A DNA stretch of 64,000 nt from the NCBI RefSeq assembly GCF_054482525.1, contig NZ_CM137006.1; one strand, written 5' to 3'. How positions within the stretch are numbered: position 1 is the first letter of the stretch; each line of letters begins with the position of its first letter. A program made the translations under genes and the position numbers. The notes beneath the pieces were generated by a model. It did no database searches. It worked only from the letters and a program-made list of their open reading frames with translations, and had not been told where the DNA came from. Below, piece after piece: positions 45,213-54,582 of the stretch.

Positions 45213-46445
45213 ATGGCAAAGGTATCGCTGGAGAAAGACAAGATTAAGTTTCTGCTGGTAGAAGGCGTGCACCAAAAGGCGCTTGAAAGCCTTCGTGCAG
45301 CGGGTTACACCAACATCGAATTTCACAAAGGCGCGCTGGATGATGAACAATTAAAAGAATCCATCCGCGATGCCCACTTCATCGGCCTGCGATCCCGTAC
45401 CCATCTGACTGAAGACGTGATCAACGCCGCAGAAAAACTGGTCGCTATTGGCTGTTTCTGTATCGGAACAAACCAGGTTGATCTGGATGCGGCGGCAAAA
45501 CGCGGGATCCCGGTATTTAACGCACCGTTCTCAAATACGCGCTCTGTTGCGGAGCTGGTGATTGGCGAACTGCTGCTGCTATTGCGCGGCGTGCCGGAAG
45601 CCAATGCTAAAGCGCACCGTGGCGTGTGGAACAAACTGGCGGCGGGTTCTTTTGAAGCGCGCGGCAAAAAGCTGGGTATCATCGGCTACGGTCATATTGG
45701 TACGCAATTGGGCATTCTGGCTGAATCGCTGGGAATGTATGTTTACTTTTATGATATTGAAAACAAACTGCCGCTGGGCAACGCCACTCAGGTACAGCAT
45801 CTTTCTGACCTGCTGAATATGAGCGATGTGGTGAGTCTGCATGTACCAGAGAATCCGTCCACCAAAAATATGATGGGTGCGAAAGAGATTTCACTAATGA
45901 AGCCCGGCTCGCTGCTGATTAATGCTTCGCGCGGTACTGTGGTGGATATTCCGGCGCTGTGTGACGCGCTGGCGAGCAAACATCTGGCGGGGGCGGCAAT
46001 CGACGTATTTCCGACGGAACCGGCAACCAATAGCGATCCATTTACCTCTCCGCTGTGTGAATTCGACAACGTCCTTCTGACGCCACACATTGGTGGTTCG
46101 ACTCAGGAAGCGCAGGAGAATATCGGCCTGGAAGTTGCGGGTAAATTGATCAAGTATTCTGACAATGGCTCAACGCTCTCTGCGGTGAACTTCCCGGAAG
46201 TCTCGCTGCCACTGCACGGTGGGCGTCGTCTGATGCACATCCACGAAAACCGTCCGGGCGTGCTAACTGCGCTGAACAAAATCTTCGCCGAGCAGGGCGT
46301 CAACATCGCCGCGCAATATCTGCAAACTTCCGCCCAGATGGGTTATGTAGTTATTGATATTGAAGCCGACGAAGACGTTGCCGAAAAAGCGCTGCAGGCA
46401 ATGAAAGCTATTCCGGGTACCATTCGCGCCCGCCTGCTGTACTAA
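45213..46445 (+). CDS. serA: D-3-phosphoglycerate dehydrogenase SerA, 410 aa
   Basis: Full ORF; NAD-binding GIIGYGHIGTQ and C-terminal ACT domain. Confidence 0.95.
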   Translation: MAKVSLEKDKIKFLLVEGVHQKALESLRAAGYTNIEFHKGALDDEQLKESIRDAHFIGLRSRTHLTEDVINAAEKLVAIGCFCIGTNQVDLDAAAKRGIPVFNAPFSNTRSVAELVIGELLLLLRGVPEANAKAHRGVWNKLAAGSFEARGKKLGIIGYGHIGTQLGILAESLGMYVYFYDIENKLPLGNATQVQHLSDLLNMSDVVSLHVPENPSTKNMMGAKEISLMKPGSLLINASRGTVVDIPALCDALASKHLAGAAIDVFPTEPATNSDPFTSPLCEFDNVLLTPHIGGSTQEAQENIGLEVAGKLIKYSDNGSTLSAVNFPEVSLPLHGGRRLMHIHENRPGVLTALNKIFAEQGVNIAAQYLQTSAQMGYVVIDIEADEDVAEKALQAMKAIPGTIRARLLY

Positions 46446-46465
46446 TTCCCCTTCTCTGAAAATCA

Positions 46466-46498
46466 ACGGGCAGGTCACTGACTTGCCCGTTTTTTTTA
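46466..46498 (+). terminator. Rho-independent terminator after serA
   Basis: ACGGGCAGGTCA/TGACTTGCCCGT stem followed by TTTTTTTT. Confidence 0.6.
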
Positions 46499-46624
46499 TC
46501 CCTTCTCCACACCGTTGCCGCGTTGCGCATTCTACTTTGCGAGTCTGCTCCAGAAAATAAATCAAAGTCAGATCAATGCGTTGTGTTTATTTAATGGGGA
46601 TTTACGATGGCAGGACAGCATGGG

Positions 46625-46770
46625 GCTGTAACGGTAAAGCCCTCACCGAAGCGAGGGCTTAAAGGAGAAGGGTTATGATGCGACTTGTCATCATACTGAT
46701 TGTACTGTTACTCATAAGTTTGCCAGCTTATTAACAGTCAGTCACAGGGGAGGAGTAATCCTCCCTTACC
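46625..46770 (-). ncRNA. sibC: SibC antisense sRNA (antitoxin of ibsC); boundaries approximate
   Basis: Inferred from the ibsC ORF on the opposite strand, flanking hairpins and the K-12 fau-serA sib locus; ends not determinable from sequence alone. Confidence 0.4.
46675..46734 (+). CDS. ibsC: Type I toxin IbsC-like hydrophobic peptide, 19 aa
   Basis: AAGGAGAAG RBS; MMRLVIILIVLLLISLPAY closely resembles the Ibs toxin family. Confidence 0.6.
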   Translation: MMRLVIILIVLLLISLPAY

Positions 46771-46834
46771 CTTACTCACTAAATTAGGTTAAAGAATCAA
46801 CGATGTCAATCAGGGCGATGCAGGTGTGTCGCCC

Positions 46835-47383
46835 TCACCACTCCCAGACTTTCGACGGTGTAACCACCGCAGGAAGAGGGATATCCCACTCTTCAACGGG
46901 GAGTTTTTCCACCAACTGACAATCATGCGCATAACCCACCGGTTGCATTTTATAGTGCTGCCAGTTTTGTAAGGTCCGATCATAAAAACCACCGCCCATT
47001 CCCAGGCGCTGGCCGTACTCATCAAAGGCGACCAGCGGTGTGATCAACACGTCTAATCGGGAAAGGGGGAGCACGTCACGCACATCCAGTTTTGGCTCAT
47101 GGATCTTCAACCTGTTCATCACCAGTTCGCTTTGCGGATGGTAATTCAGGAACAGCAAATTACCGGCACTAAAGGGATGCAAAACTGGAAGATATACGCG
47201 CTTACCGGCGCGCCAGAGTTGTTCTATAAGTGGCTGGGTGTCGAGTTCGCCATCAAAAGAGAGGAATACAGCGACCGTATGCGCCATCACCACTGGGGGA
47301 TAAGTCATCATCCGGGTAGCAGCTTGTTGACCCATTTCCTGCTGTTGTTCCGGCGTTAACGCACGACGACGTTGCCGAATCAT
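46835..47383 (-). CDS. fau: 5-formyltetrahydrofolate cyclo-ligase Fau (YgfA), ~182 aa
   Basis: MIRQRRRALTPEQQQEMGQQAATR...; downstream of and co-oriented with ssrS; start codon uncertain. Confidence 0.75.
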   Translation of the reverse strand: MIRQRRRALTPEQQQEMGQQAATRMMTYPPVVMAHTVAVFLSFDGELDTQPLIEQLWRAGKRVYLPVLHPFSAGNLLFLNYHPQSELVMNRLKIHEPKLDVRDVLPLSRLDVLITPLVAFDEYGQRLGMGGGFYDRTLQNWQHYKMQPVGYAHDCQLVEKLPVEEWDIPLPAVVTPSKVWEW

Positions 47384-47455
47384 TTTGCGGATTTCTTGTC
47401 GGGATAATGTCAGTGGGAGTTCTGGTAGTTGCGTCATGGCTGGTGCCAGATAAGA

Positions 47456-47641
47456 AGGGAATCTCCGAGATGCCGCCGCAGGCTGTAACCCTTGAACCCT
47501 TGGTTCAAGGTGAATGTGTCGTCGCAGTTTTAAGGCTTCTCGGACGGACCGAGCATGCTCACCAACCGCGGAGCGCCACATTCTTGTGGTATGAAATATC
47601 GGCTCAGGGGACTGGCCCGCTTGCGAACATCTCAGAGAAAT
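47456..47641 (-). ncRNA. ssrS: 6S RNA
   Basis: Reverse complement matches recalled 6S RNA (5' AUUUCUCUGAGAUGUUCGCAAGCGGGCC ... GGCAUCUCGGAGAUUCCCU 3'). Confidence 0.85.
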
Positions 47642-47682
47642 TTTGTCTTCACGGTTACTCTACCACAGTAAACCGAAAAGTG

Positions 47683-48078
<396 letters not shown>

Positions 48079-48179
48079 CTATAGCTACCCTGATGAGAAG
48101 AGACAAGCCCTTTTCTGGTCCACCAGGGCCCAAAGTGGTAGCATATCATGAATATTCCTCCCTTTGACGACGAATGCTT

Positions 48180-48758
48180 ATGTCTATACAGAACGAAATG
48201 CCTGGTTACAACGAAATGAACCAGTATCTGAACCAACAAGGGACGGGTCTGACCCCTGCTGAGATGCATGGTTTAATCAGCGGGATGATATGTGGCGGTA
48301 ACGATGACAGCTCATGGCTGCCGCTACTTCACGACCTGACGAACGAAGGCATGGCTTTCGGTCATGAGCTGGCACAGGCACTGCGTAAAATGCACTCTGC
48401 CACCAGCGATGCCCTGCAGGATGACGGCTTCCTTTTTCAGCTTTATCTGCCTGATGGCGATGATGTCAGCGTTTTTGATCGGGCTGATGCACTGGCAGGT
48501 TGGGTCAATCACTTCCTGCTTGGTCTTGGCGTTACGCAACCGAAGCTGGACAAAGTGACCGGAGAAACCGGTGAAGCCATCGACGATCTGCGTAACATCG
48601 CGCAGCTGGGCTACGACGAAGACGAAGATCAGGAAGAGCTTGAAATGTCGCTTGAAGAGATCATCGAATACGTTCGTGTTGCCGCGCTGTTATGCCACGA
48701 CACCTTTACTCATCCGCAACCGACCGCGCCAGAAGTACAAAAACCGACTCTACACTAA
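48180..48758 (+). CDS. ygfB: UPF0149 protein YgfB, 192 aa
   Basis: Start [17 protein letters not shown] at second in-frame ATG. Confidence 0.85.
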
Positions 48759-48783
48759 AAACAAAAAACGTAAGGAGAGTGTT

Positions 48784-50109
48784 ATGAGTGAGATATCCCG
48801 GCAAGAGTTTCAGCGTCGCCGTCAGGCCCTGGTGGAGCAAATGCAACCCGGCAGCGCCGCGCTGATTTTTGCTGCACCAGAAGTAACACGTAGCGCCGAC
48901 AGCGAATACCCCTATCGTCAGAACAGTGACTTCTGGTACTTCACCGGCTTTAACGAACCGGAAGCGGTGCTGGTGCTGATTAAAAGCGATGACACTCATA
49001 ACCACAGCGTTTTGTTTAACCGCGTTCGCGACCTGACGGCAGAGATCTGGTTTGGTCGTCGCTTAGGCCAGGATGCCGCGCCAGAGAAACTGGGCGTTGA
49101 CCGCGCACTGGCATTCAGCGAAATCAATCAGCAACTTTATCAACTGCTTAATGGTCTGGATGTGGTTTATCACGCTCAGGGCGAATATACCTATGCTGAT
49201 GAAATCGTGAACAGCGCGCTGGAAAAGCTGCGTAAAGGCTCGCGACAGAATCTCACCGCCCCGGCAACGATGATCGACTGGCGTCCCATGGTACATGAAA
49301 TGCGCCTGTTCAAATCACCAGAAGAGATTGCCGTACTTCGCCGCGCGGGGGAAATCACCGCTCTGGCGCATACCCGGGCGATGGAAAAATGCCGTCCGGG
49401 AATGTTCGAGTACCATCTGGAAGGCGAAATTCACCACGAATTTAACCGCCACGGTGCGCGCTATCCTTCCTACAACACCATTGTCGGCAGCGGTGAAAAC
49501 GGCTGTATTCTGCACTACACCGAAAACGAGTGTGAACTGCGTGACGGTGACCTGGTGTTGATTGACGCGGGCTGTGAATACAAAGGTTATGCGGGCGATA
49601 TTACCCGTACCTTCCCGGTCAACGGCAAATTCACCCAGGCCCAGCGTGAAATCTACGACATTGTGCTGGAGTCTCTTGAAACCAGCCTGCGCCTGTATCG
49701 TCCGGGAACCTCCATTCTGGAAGTCACCAGTGAAGTGGTGCGTATCATGGTTAGCGGCCTGGTAAAACTCGGCATCCTGAAAGGCGATGTTGATGAACTG
49801 ATCGCTCAGAACGCCCATCGTCCTTTCTTTATGCATGGCCTTAGCCACTGGTTAGGACTGGATGTCCATGACGTTGGCGTTTATGGTCAGGATCGCTCGC
49901 GCATTCTGGAACCGGGGATGGTACTGACCGTAGAGCCTGGTCTGTATATCGCGCCGGATGCGGATGTGCCAGAACAATATCGCGGTATCGGCATTCGTAT
50001 TGAAGACGACATTGTGATTACCGAAACCGGCAACGAAAACCTCACCGCCAGCGTGGTGAAAAAGCCGGAAGAAATCGAAGCGTTGATGGCTGCTGCGAGA
50101 AAGCAATGA
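48784..50109 (+). CDS. pepP: Xaa-Pro aminopeptidase PepP, 441 aa
   Basis: Start MSEISRQEFQRRRQALVEQ at ATG 48784; M24 metallopeptidase. Confidence 0.95.
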   Translation: MSEISRQEFQRRRQALVEQMQPGSAALIFAAPEVTRSADSEYPYRQNSDFWYFTGFNEPEAVLVLIKSDDTHNHSVLFNRVRDLTAEIWFGRRLGQDAAPEKLGVDRALAFSEINQQLYQLLNGLDVVYHAQGEYTYADEIVNSALEKLRKGSRQNLTAPATMIDWRPMVHEMRLFKSPEEIAVLRRAGEITALAHTRAMEKCRPGMFEYHLEGEIHHEFNRHGARYPSYNTIVGSGENGCILHYTENECELRDGDLVLIDAGCEYKGYAGDITRTFPVNGKFTQAQREIYDIVLESLETSLRLYRPGTSILEVTSEVVRIMVSGLVKLGILKGDVDELIAQNAHRPFFMHGLSHWLGLDVHDVGVYGQDRSRILEPGMVLTVEPGLYIAPDADVPEQYRGIGIRIEDDIVITETGNENLTASVVKKPEEIEALMAAARKQ

Positions 50110-51284
50110 GCGTAATCATCGTCGGTGGCGGCATGGCGGGCGCGACGCTGGCGCTGGCTATTTCCCGGTTAAGTCACGGGGCGCTGCCGGTACATTTGAT
50201 TGAAGCGACTGCGCCAGAGTCACATGCTCATCCGGGCTTTGATGGACGAGCGATAGCGCTGGCGGCGGGTACCTGTCAGCAACTGGCGCGCATCGGCGTC
50301 TGGCAATCTCTGGCTGATTGCGCAACCGCCATCACCAGCGTGCATGTCAGCGATCGTGGTCATGCCGGATTCGTCACCCTCGCCGCAGAAGATTACCAAC
50401 TGGCGGCGCTGGGGCAGGTTGTCGAATTGCATAATGTCGGGCAACGGCTGTTTGCATTGCTGCGCAAAGCACCTGGCGTAACGCTGCATTGCCCTGATCG
50501 CGTGGCTAACGTTGCCCGTGCTCAGAGTCACGTTGAAGTGACGCTGGAGAGCGGCGAGATGCTGACGGGCCGCGTGCTGGTAGCCGCTGATGGCACCCAT
50601 TCAGCGTTAGCGACTACCTGTGGTGTTGACTGGCAGCAGGAGCCTTACGAACAACTGGCTGTGATTGCTAACGTTGCGACTTCCGTTGCGCACGAAGGGC
50701 GCGCTTTTGAACGCTTTACGCAACATGGCCCGCTGGCGATGTTGCCGATGTCTGACGGACGCTGTTCGCTGGTCTGGTGTCATCCACTGGAACGGCGCGA
50801 AGAGGTGCTGTCGTGGAGCGACGATACGTTTTGCCGTGAACTCCAGTCTGCCTTTGGCTGGCGACTGGGGCAAATTACCCACGCCGGTAAACGCAGTGCT
50901 TATCCGCTGGCATTAACCCGCGCCGCCAGACCGATTACCCATCGTACCGTGCTGGTGGGCAATGCGGCGCAAACTCTGCACCCCATCGCCGGGCAAGGGT
51001 TCAACCTCGGTATGCGTGATGTGATGAGCCTTGCAGAAACCCTGACTCAGGCGCAGGAGCGCGGAGAAGACATGGGTGATTACGGCGTATTGTGCCGTTA
51101 TCAGCAGCGTCGACAGAGCGATCGCGAAGCAACCATCGGCGTCACGGACAGCCTTGTACATCTTTTTGCCAACCGTTGGACCCCGCTGGTTGTCGGGCGC
51201 AACATCGGGCTGATGACGATGGAATTATTTACCCCGGCACGCGATGTGCTGGCGCAGCGCACCCTCGGTTGGGTGGCGCGTTGA
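50106..51284 (+). CDS. ubiH: 2-octaprenyl-6-methoxyphenol hydroxylase UbiH, 392 aa
   Basis: FAD GxGxxG motif IIVGGGMAGA; 4-nt overlap with pepP. Confidence 0.9.
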   Translation: MSVIIVGGGMAGATLALAISRLSHGALPVHLIEATAPESHAHPGFDGRAIALAAGTCQQLARIGVWQSLADCATAITSVHVSDRGHAGFVTLAAEDYQLAALGQVVELHNVGQRLFALLRKAPGVTLHCPDRVANVARAQSHVEVTLESGEMLTGRVLVAADGTHSALATTCGVDWQQEPYEQLAVIANVATSVAHEGRAFERFTQHGPLAMLPMSDGRCSLVWCHPLERREEVLSWSDDTFCRELQSAFGWRLGQITHAGKRSAYPLALTRAARPITHRTVLVGNAAQTLHPIAGQGFNLGMRDVMSLAETLTQAQERGEDMGDYGVLCRYQQRRQSDREATIGVTDSLVHLFANRWTPLVVGRNIGLMTMELFTPARDVLAQRTLGWVAR

Positions 51285-51306
51285 AGGCGGTTTTAAGGAA
51301 TAAACA

Positions 51307-52509
51307 ATGCAAAGTGTTGATGTAGCCATTGTTGGTGGCGGCATGGTGGGGCTGGCGGTTGCCTGCGGCTTACAGGGGAGCGGCTTACGCGTTGCCGTAC
51401 TGGAGCAGCGCGTACCGGAACCTCTGGCGGCGGATGCACCACCACAACTGCGCGTTTCGGCTATCAATGCCGCCAGCGAAAAATTACTCACCCGTCTTGG
51501 CGTCTGGCAGGACATTCTCTCTCGTAGGGCCAGTTGTTATCACGGTATGGAAGTGTGGGACAAAGACAGTTTTGGTCACATTTCGTTTGACGATCAAAGC
51601 ATGGGCTATAGCCATCTTGGGCATATCGTTGAAAACTCAGTGATTCACTACGCGCTGTGGAACAAAGCGCAGCAGTCGTCAGATATCACTCTGTTGGCCC
51701 CCGCAGAATTACAGCAGGTCGCCTGGGGAGAAAACGAAACCTTCCTGACGCTGAAAGATGGCAGCATGTTAACGGCGCGTCTGGTGATTGGCGCGGACGG
51801 CGCTAATTCCTGGTTGCGCAACAAAGCCGATATTCCGCTGACTTTCTGGGATTATCAGCATCACGCGCTGGTAGCGACCATTCGCACGGAAGAACCGCAT
51901 GATGCGGTGGCGCGGCAGGTTTTCCATGGCGAAGGCATTCTGGCCTTTTTACCGCTTAGCGATCCGCATCTTTGCTCGATTGTCTGGTCACTGTCGCCAG
52001 AGGAAGCGCAGCGGATGCAGCAGGCAAGTGAAGACGAATTTAATCGCGCGTTAAATATCGCTTTTGATAATCGCCTTGGCTTATGCAAGGTTGAGAGCGC
52101 GCGTCAGGTGTTCCCACTGACGGGGCGTTATGCGCGCCAGTTTGCTGCGCACCGTCTGGCGTTGGTGGGCGACGCCGCGCATACCATTCACCCGCTGGCG
52201 GGGCAGGGGGTAAATCTCGGCTTTATGGATGCTGCAGAGCTGGTTGCTGAACTGAAACGGTTGCATCGTCAGGGGAAAGACATCGGGCAGTACATTTATC
52301 TGCGTCGCTATGAGCGTAGCCGCAAGCACAGTGCGGCGCTGATGCTGGCTGGTATGCAGGGATTTCGCGATCTGTTTTCCGGTACCAATCCGGCGAAAAA
52401 ACTGCTGCGTGATATTGGTTTAAAACTGGCCGACACGCTTCCTGGCGTTAAACCACAACTTATCCGCCAGGCAATGGGATTAAACGATTTGCCTGAATGG
52501 CTGCGTTAA
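51307..52509 (+). CDS. ubiI: 2-octaprenylphenol hydroxylase UbiI (VisC), 400 aa
   Basis: FAD motif VAIVGGGMVG; paralogue of UbiH. Confidence 0.9.
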   Translation: MQSVDVAIVGGGMVGLAVACGLQGSGLRVAVLEQRVPEPLAADAPPQLRVSAINAASEKLLTRLGVWQDILSRRASCYHGMEVWDKDSFGHISFDDQSMGYSHLGHIVENSVIHYALWNKAQQSSDITLLAPAELQQVAWGENETFLTLKDGSMLTARLVIGADGANSWLRNKADIPLTFWDYQHHALVATIRTEEPHDAVARQVFHGEGILAFLPLSDPHLCSIVWSLSPEEAQRMQQASEDEFNRALNIAFDNRLGLCKVESARQVFPLTGRYARQFAAHRLALVGDAAHTIHPLAGQGVNLGFMDAAELVAELKRLHRQGKDIGQYIYLRRYERSRKHSAALMLAGMQGFRDLFSGTNPAKKLLRDIGLKLADTLPGVKPQLIRQAMGLNDLPEWLR

Positions 52510-52551
52510 AAATTTCTCTTCTGCTGTTTATTTGATACCCATCACACTTTC

Positions 52552-52585
52552 ATCTCCCGGTTTTTTCGCCGGGAGATTTTCCTCA
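52552..52585 (+). terminator. Rho-independent terminator after ubiI
   Basis: ATCTCCCGG-TTTTTTCG-CCGGGAGAT stem followed by TTTCCTCATTT. Confidence 0.5.
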
Positions 52586-52599
52586 TTTGAAATAAACTA

Positions 52600-52956
52600 A
52601 TTTCACCTCCGTTTTCGCATTATATTTTCTAATGTCATGATTTTTTGATTTAGTGTTTTTTGACATTTTTTTAGTTCTTAATATTGCATTAATCAAATTA
52701 ACTTTCTCATCTATTTATCTTTATATAGAGATTTGTTCATTTTTTGGTTTTTTATTCTGTTGTGATTTTGGCGTTTTTTAACCATAAGCTAATGTGATGA
52801 TCAATTTTACCTTATGGTTAACAGTCTGTTTCGGTGGTAAGTTCAGGCAAAAGAGAACGATTGCGTTGGGGACCGGGAGTGGCTCCGATGCTGGGTTTCG
52901 TGGTGATAATTTCGCCATGGAAAAGTTGTCAGCCCCGCTTATTCAATGAGGACAAG
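52600..52956 (+). promoter_or_regulatory. gcvTHP promoter/regulatory region (AT-rich; expected GcvA/Lrp/PurR control region)
   Basis: ~350 bp AT-rich intergenic stretch upstream of gcvT; individual sites not resolved. Confidence 0.35.
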
Positions 52957-54051
52957 ATGGCACAACAGACTCCTTTGTACGAACAACATACGCTTTGCGG
53001 CGCTCGCATGGTGGATTTCCACGGCTGGATGATGCCGCTGCATTACGGTTCGCAAATCGACGAACATCATGCGGTACGTACCGATGCCGGAATGTTTGAT
53101 GTGTCACATATGACCATCGTCGATCTTCGCGGTAGCCGCACTCGGGAGTTTCTGCGTTATCTGCTGGCGAACGATGTGGCGAAACTCACCAAAAGCGGCA
53201 AAGCCCTTTACTCGGGGATGTTGAATGCCTCTGGCGGTGTGATAGATGACCTCATCGTCTACTACTTTACTGAAGATTTCTTCCGCCTCGTTGTTAACTC
53301 CGCCACCCGCGAAAAAGACCTCTCCTGGATTACCCAACACGCTGAACCTTTCGGCATTGAAATTACCGTTCGTGATGACCTTTCCATGATCGCCGTACAA
53401 GGGCCGAATGCGCAGGCAAAAGCTGCCACACTGTTTAATGACGCCCAGCGTCAGGCGGTGGAAGGGATGAAACCGTTCTTTGGCGTGCAGGCGGGCGATC
53501 TGTTTATTGCCACCACTGGTTATACCGGTGAAGCGGGCTACGAAATTGCGCTGCCCAATGAAAAAGCGGCCGATTTCTGGCGCGCGCTGGTGGAAGCGGG
53601 CGTTAAGCCATGTGGCCTGGGCGCGCGTGACACGCTGCGTCTGGAAGCGGGTATGAATCTTTATGGTCAGGAGATGGACGAAACCATTTCTCCGTTAGCC
53701 GCCAACATGGGCTGGACTATCGCCTGGGAACCGGCAGATCGTGACTTTATCGGTCGTGAAGCCCTGGAAGTGCAGCGTGAGCATGGCACAGAAAAACTGG
53801 TTGGTCTGGTGATGACCGAAAAAGGCGTGCTGCGTAATGAACTGCCGGTACGCTTTACCGATGCGCAGGGCAACCAGCATGAAGGCATTATCACTAGCGG
53901 TACTTTCTCCCCGACGCTGGGTTACAGCATTGCGCTGGCGCGCGTGCCGGAAGGTATTGGTGAAACAGCGATTGTGCAAATTCGCAACCGTGAAATGCCG
54001 GTTAAAGTGACGAAACCTGTTTTTGTGCGTAACGGTAAAGCCGTCGCGTGA
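52957..54051 (+). CDS. gcvT: Glycine cleavage system T protein (aminomethyltransferase), 364 aa
   Basis: Start [21 protein letters not shown] at ATG 52957. Confidence 0.95.
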
Positions 54052-54074
54052 TTTACTTTTTTGGAGATTGATTG

Positions 54075-54464
54075 ATGAGCAACGTACCAGCAGAACTGAA
54101 ATACAGCAAAGAACACGAATGGCTGCGTAAAGAAGCCGACGGCACTTACACCGTTGGCATCACCGAACACGCTCAGGAGCTGTTAGGCGATATGGTGTTT
54201 GTTGACCTGCCGGAAGTGGGCGCAACGGTTAGCGCGGGCGATGACTGCGCGGTTGCCGAATCAGTAAAAGCGGCGTCAGACATTTATGCGCCAGTAAGCG
54301 GTGAAATCGTGGCGGTAAACGACGCACTGAGCGATTCCCCGGAACTGGTGAACAGCGAACCGTATGCAGGCGGCTGGATCTTTAAAATCAAAGCCAGCGA
54401 TGAAAGCGAACTGGAATCACTGCTGGATGCGACCGCATACGAAGCATTGTTAGAAGACGAGTAA
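54075..54464 (+). CDS. gcvH: Glycine cleavage system H protein, 129 aa
   Basis: Start [16 protein letters not shown]; lipoyl-lysine region ESVKAASD. Confidence 0.95.
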
Positions 54465-54484
54465 CGGCTTTATTCCTCTTCTGC

Positions 54485-54546
54485 GGGAGAGGATCAGGGT
54501 GAGGAACTTTTACGCCTCACCCTCACTCTCTTCGCAAGGAGAGAGG
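54485..54546. repeat. Intergenic imperfect palindromic element (GGGAGAGG..AGGGTGAGG / CCTCACCCTCACTCTC) between gcvH and gcvP
   Basis: Inverted repeat read from sequence; shares its core with the element at 57535-57638. Confidence 0.4.
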
Positions 54547-54582
54547 TTCACAATTCACTGCACGTTTCAGGAACCATCGCTC

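Noticed and set aside
52820-52956. Possible glycine riboswitch in the gcvT leader
   Set aside because: No tandem aptamer-like conserved stems seen; E. coli gcvTHP is controlled by GcvA/GcvR/Lrp/PurR proteins rather than a riboswitch.
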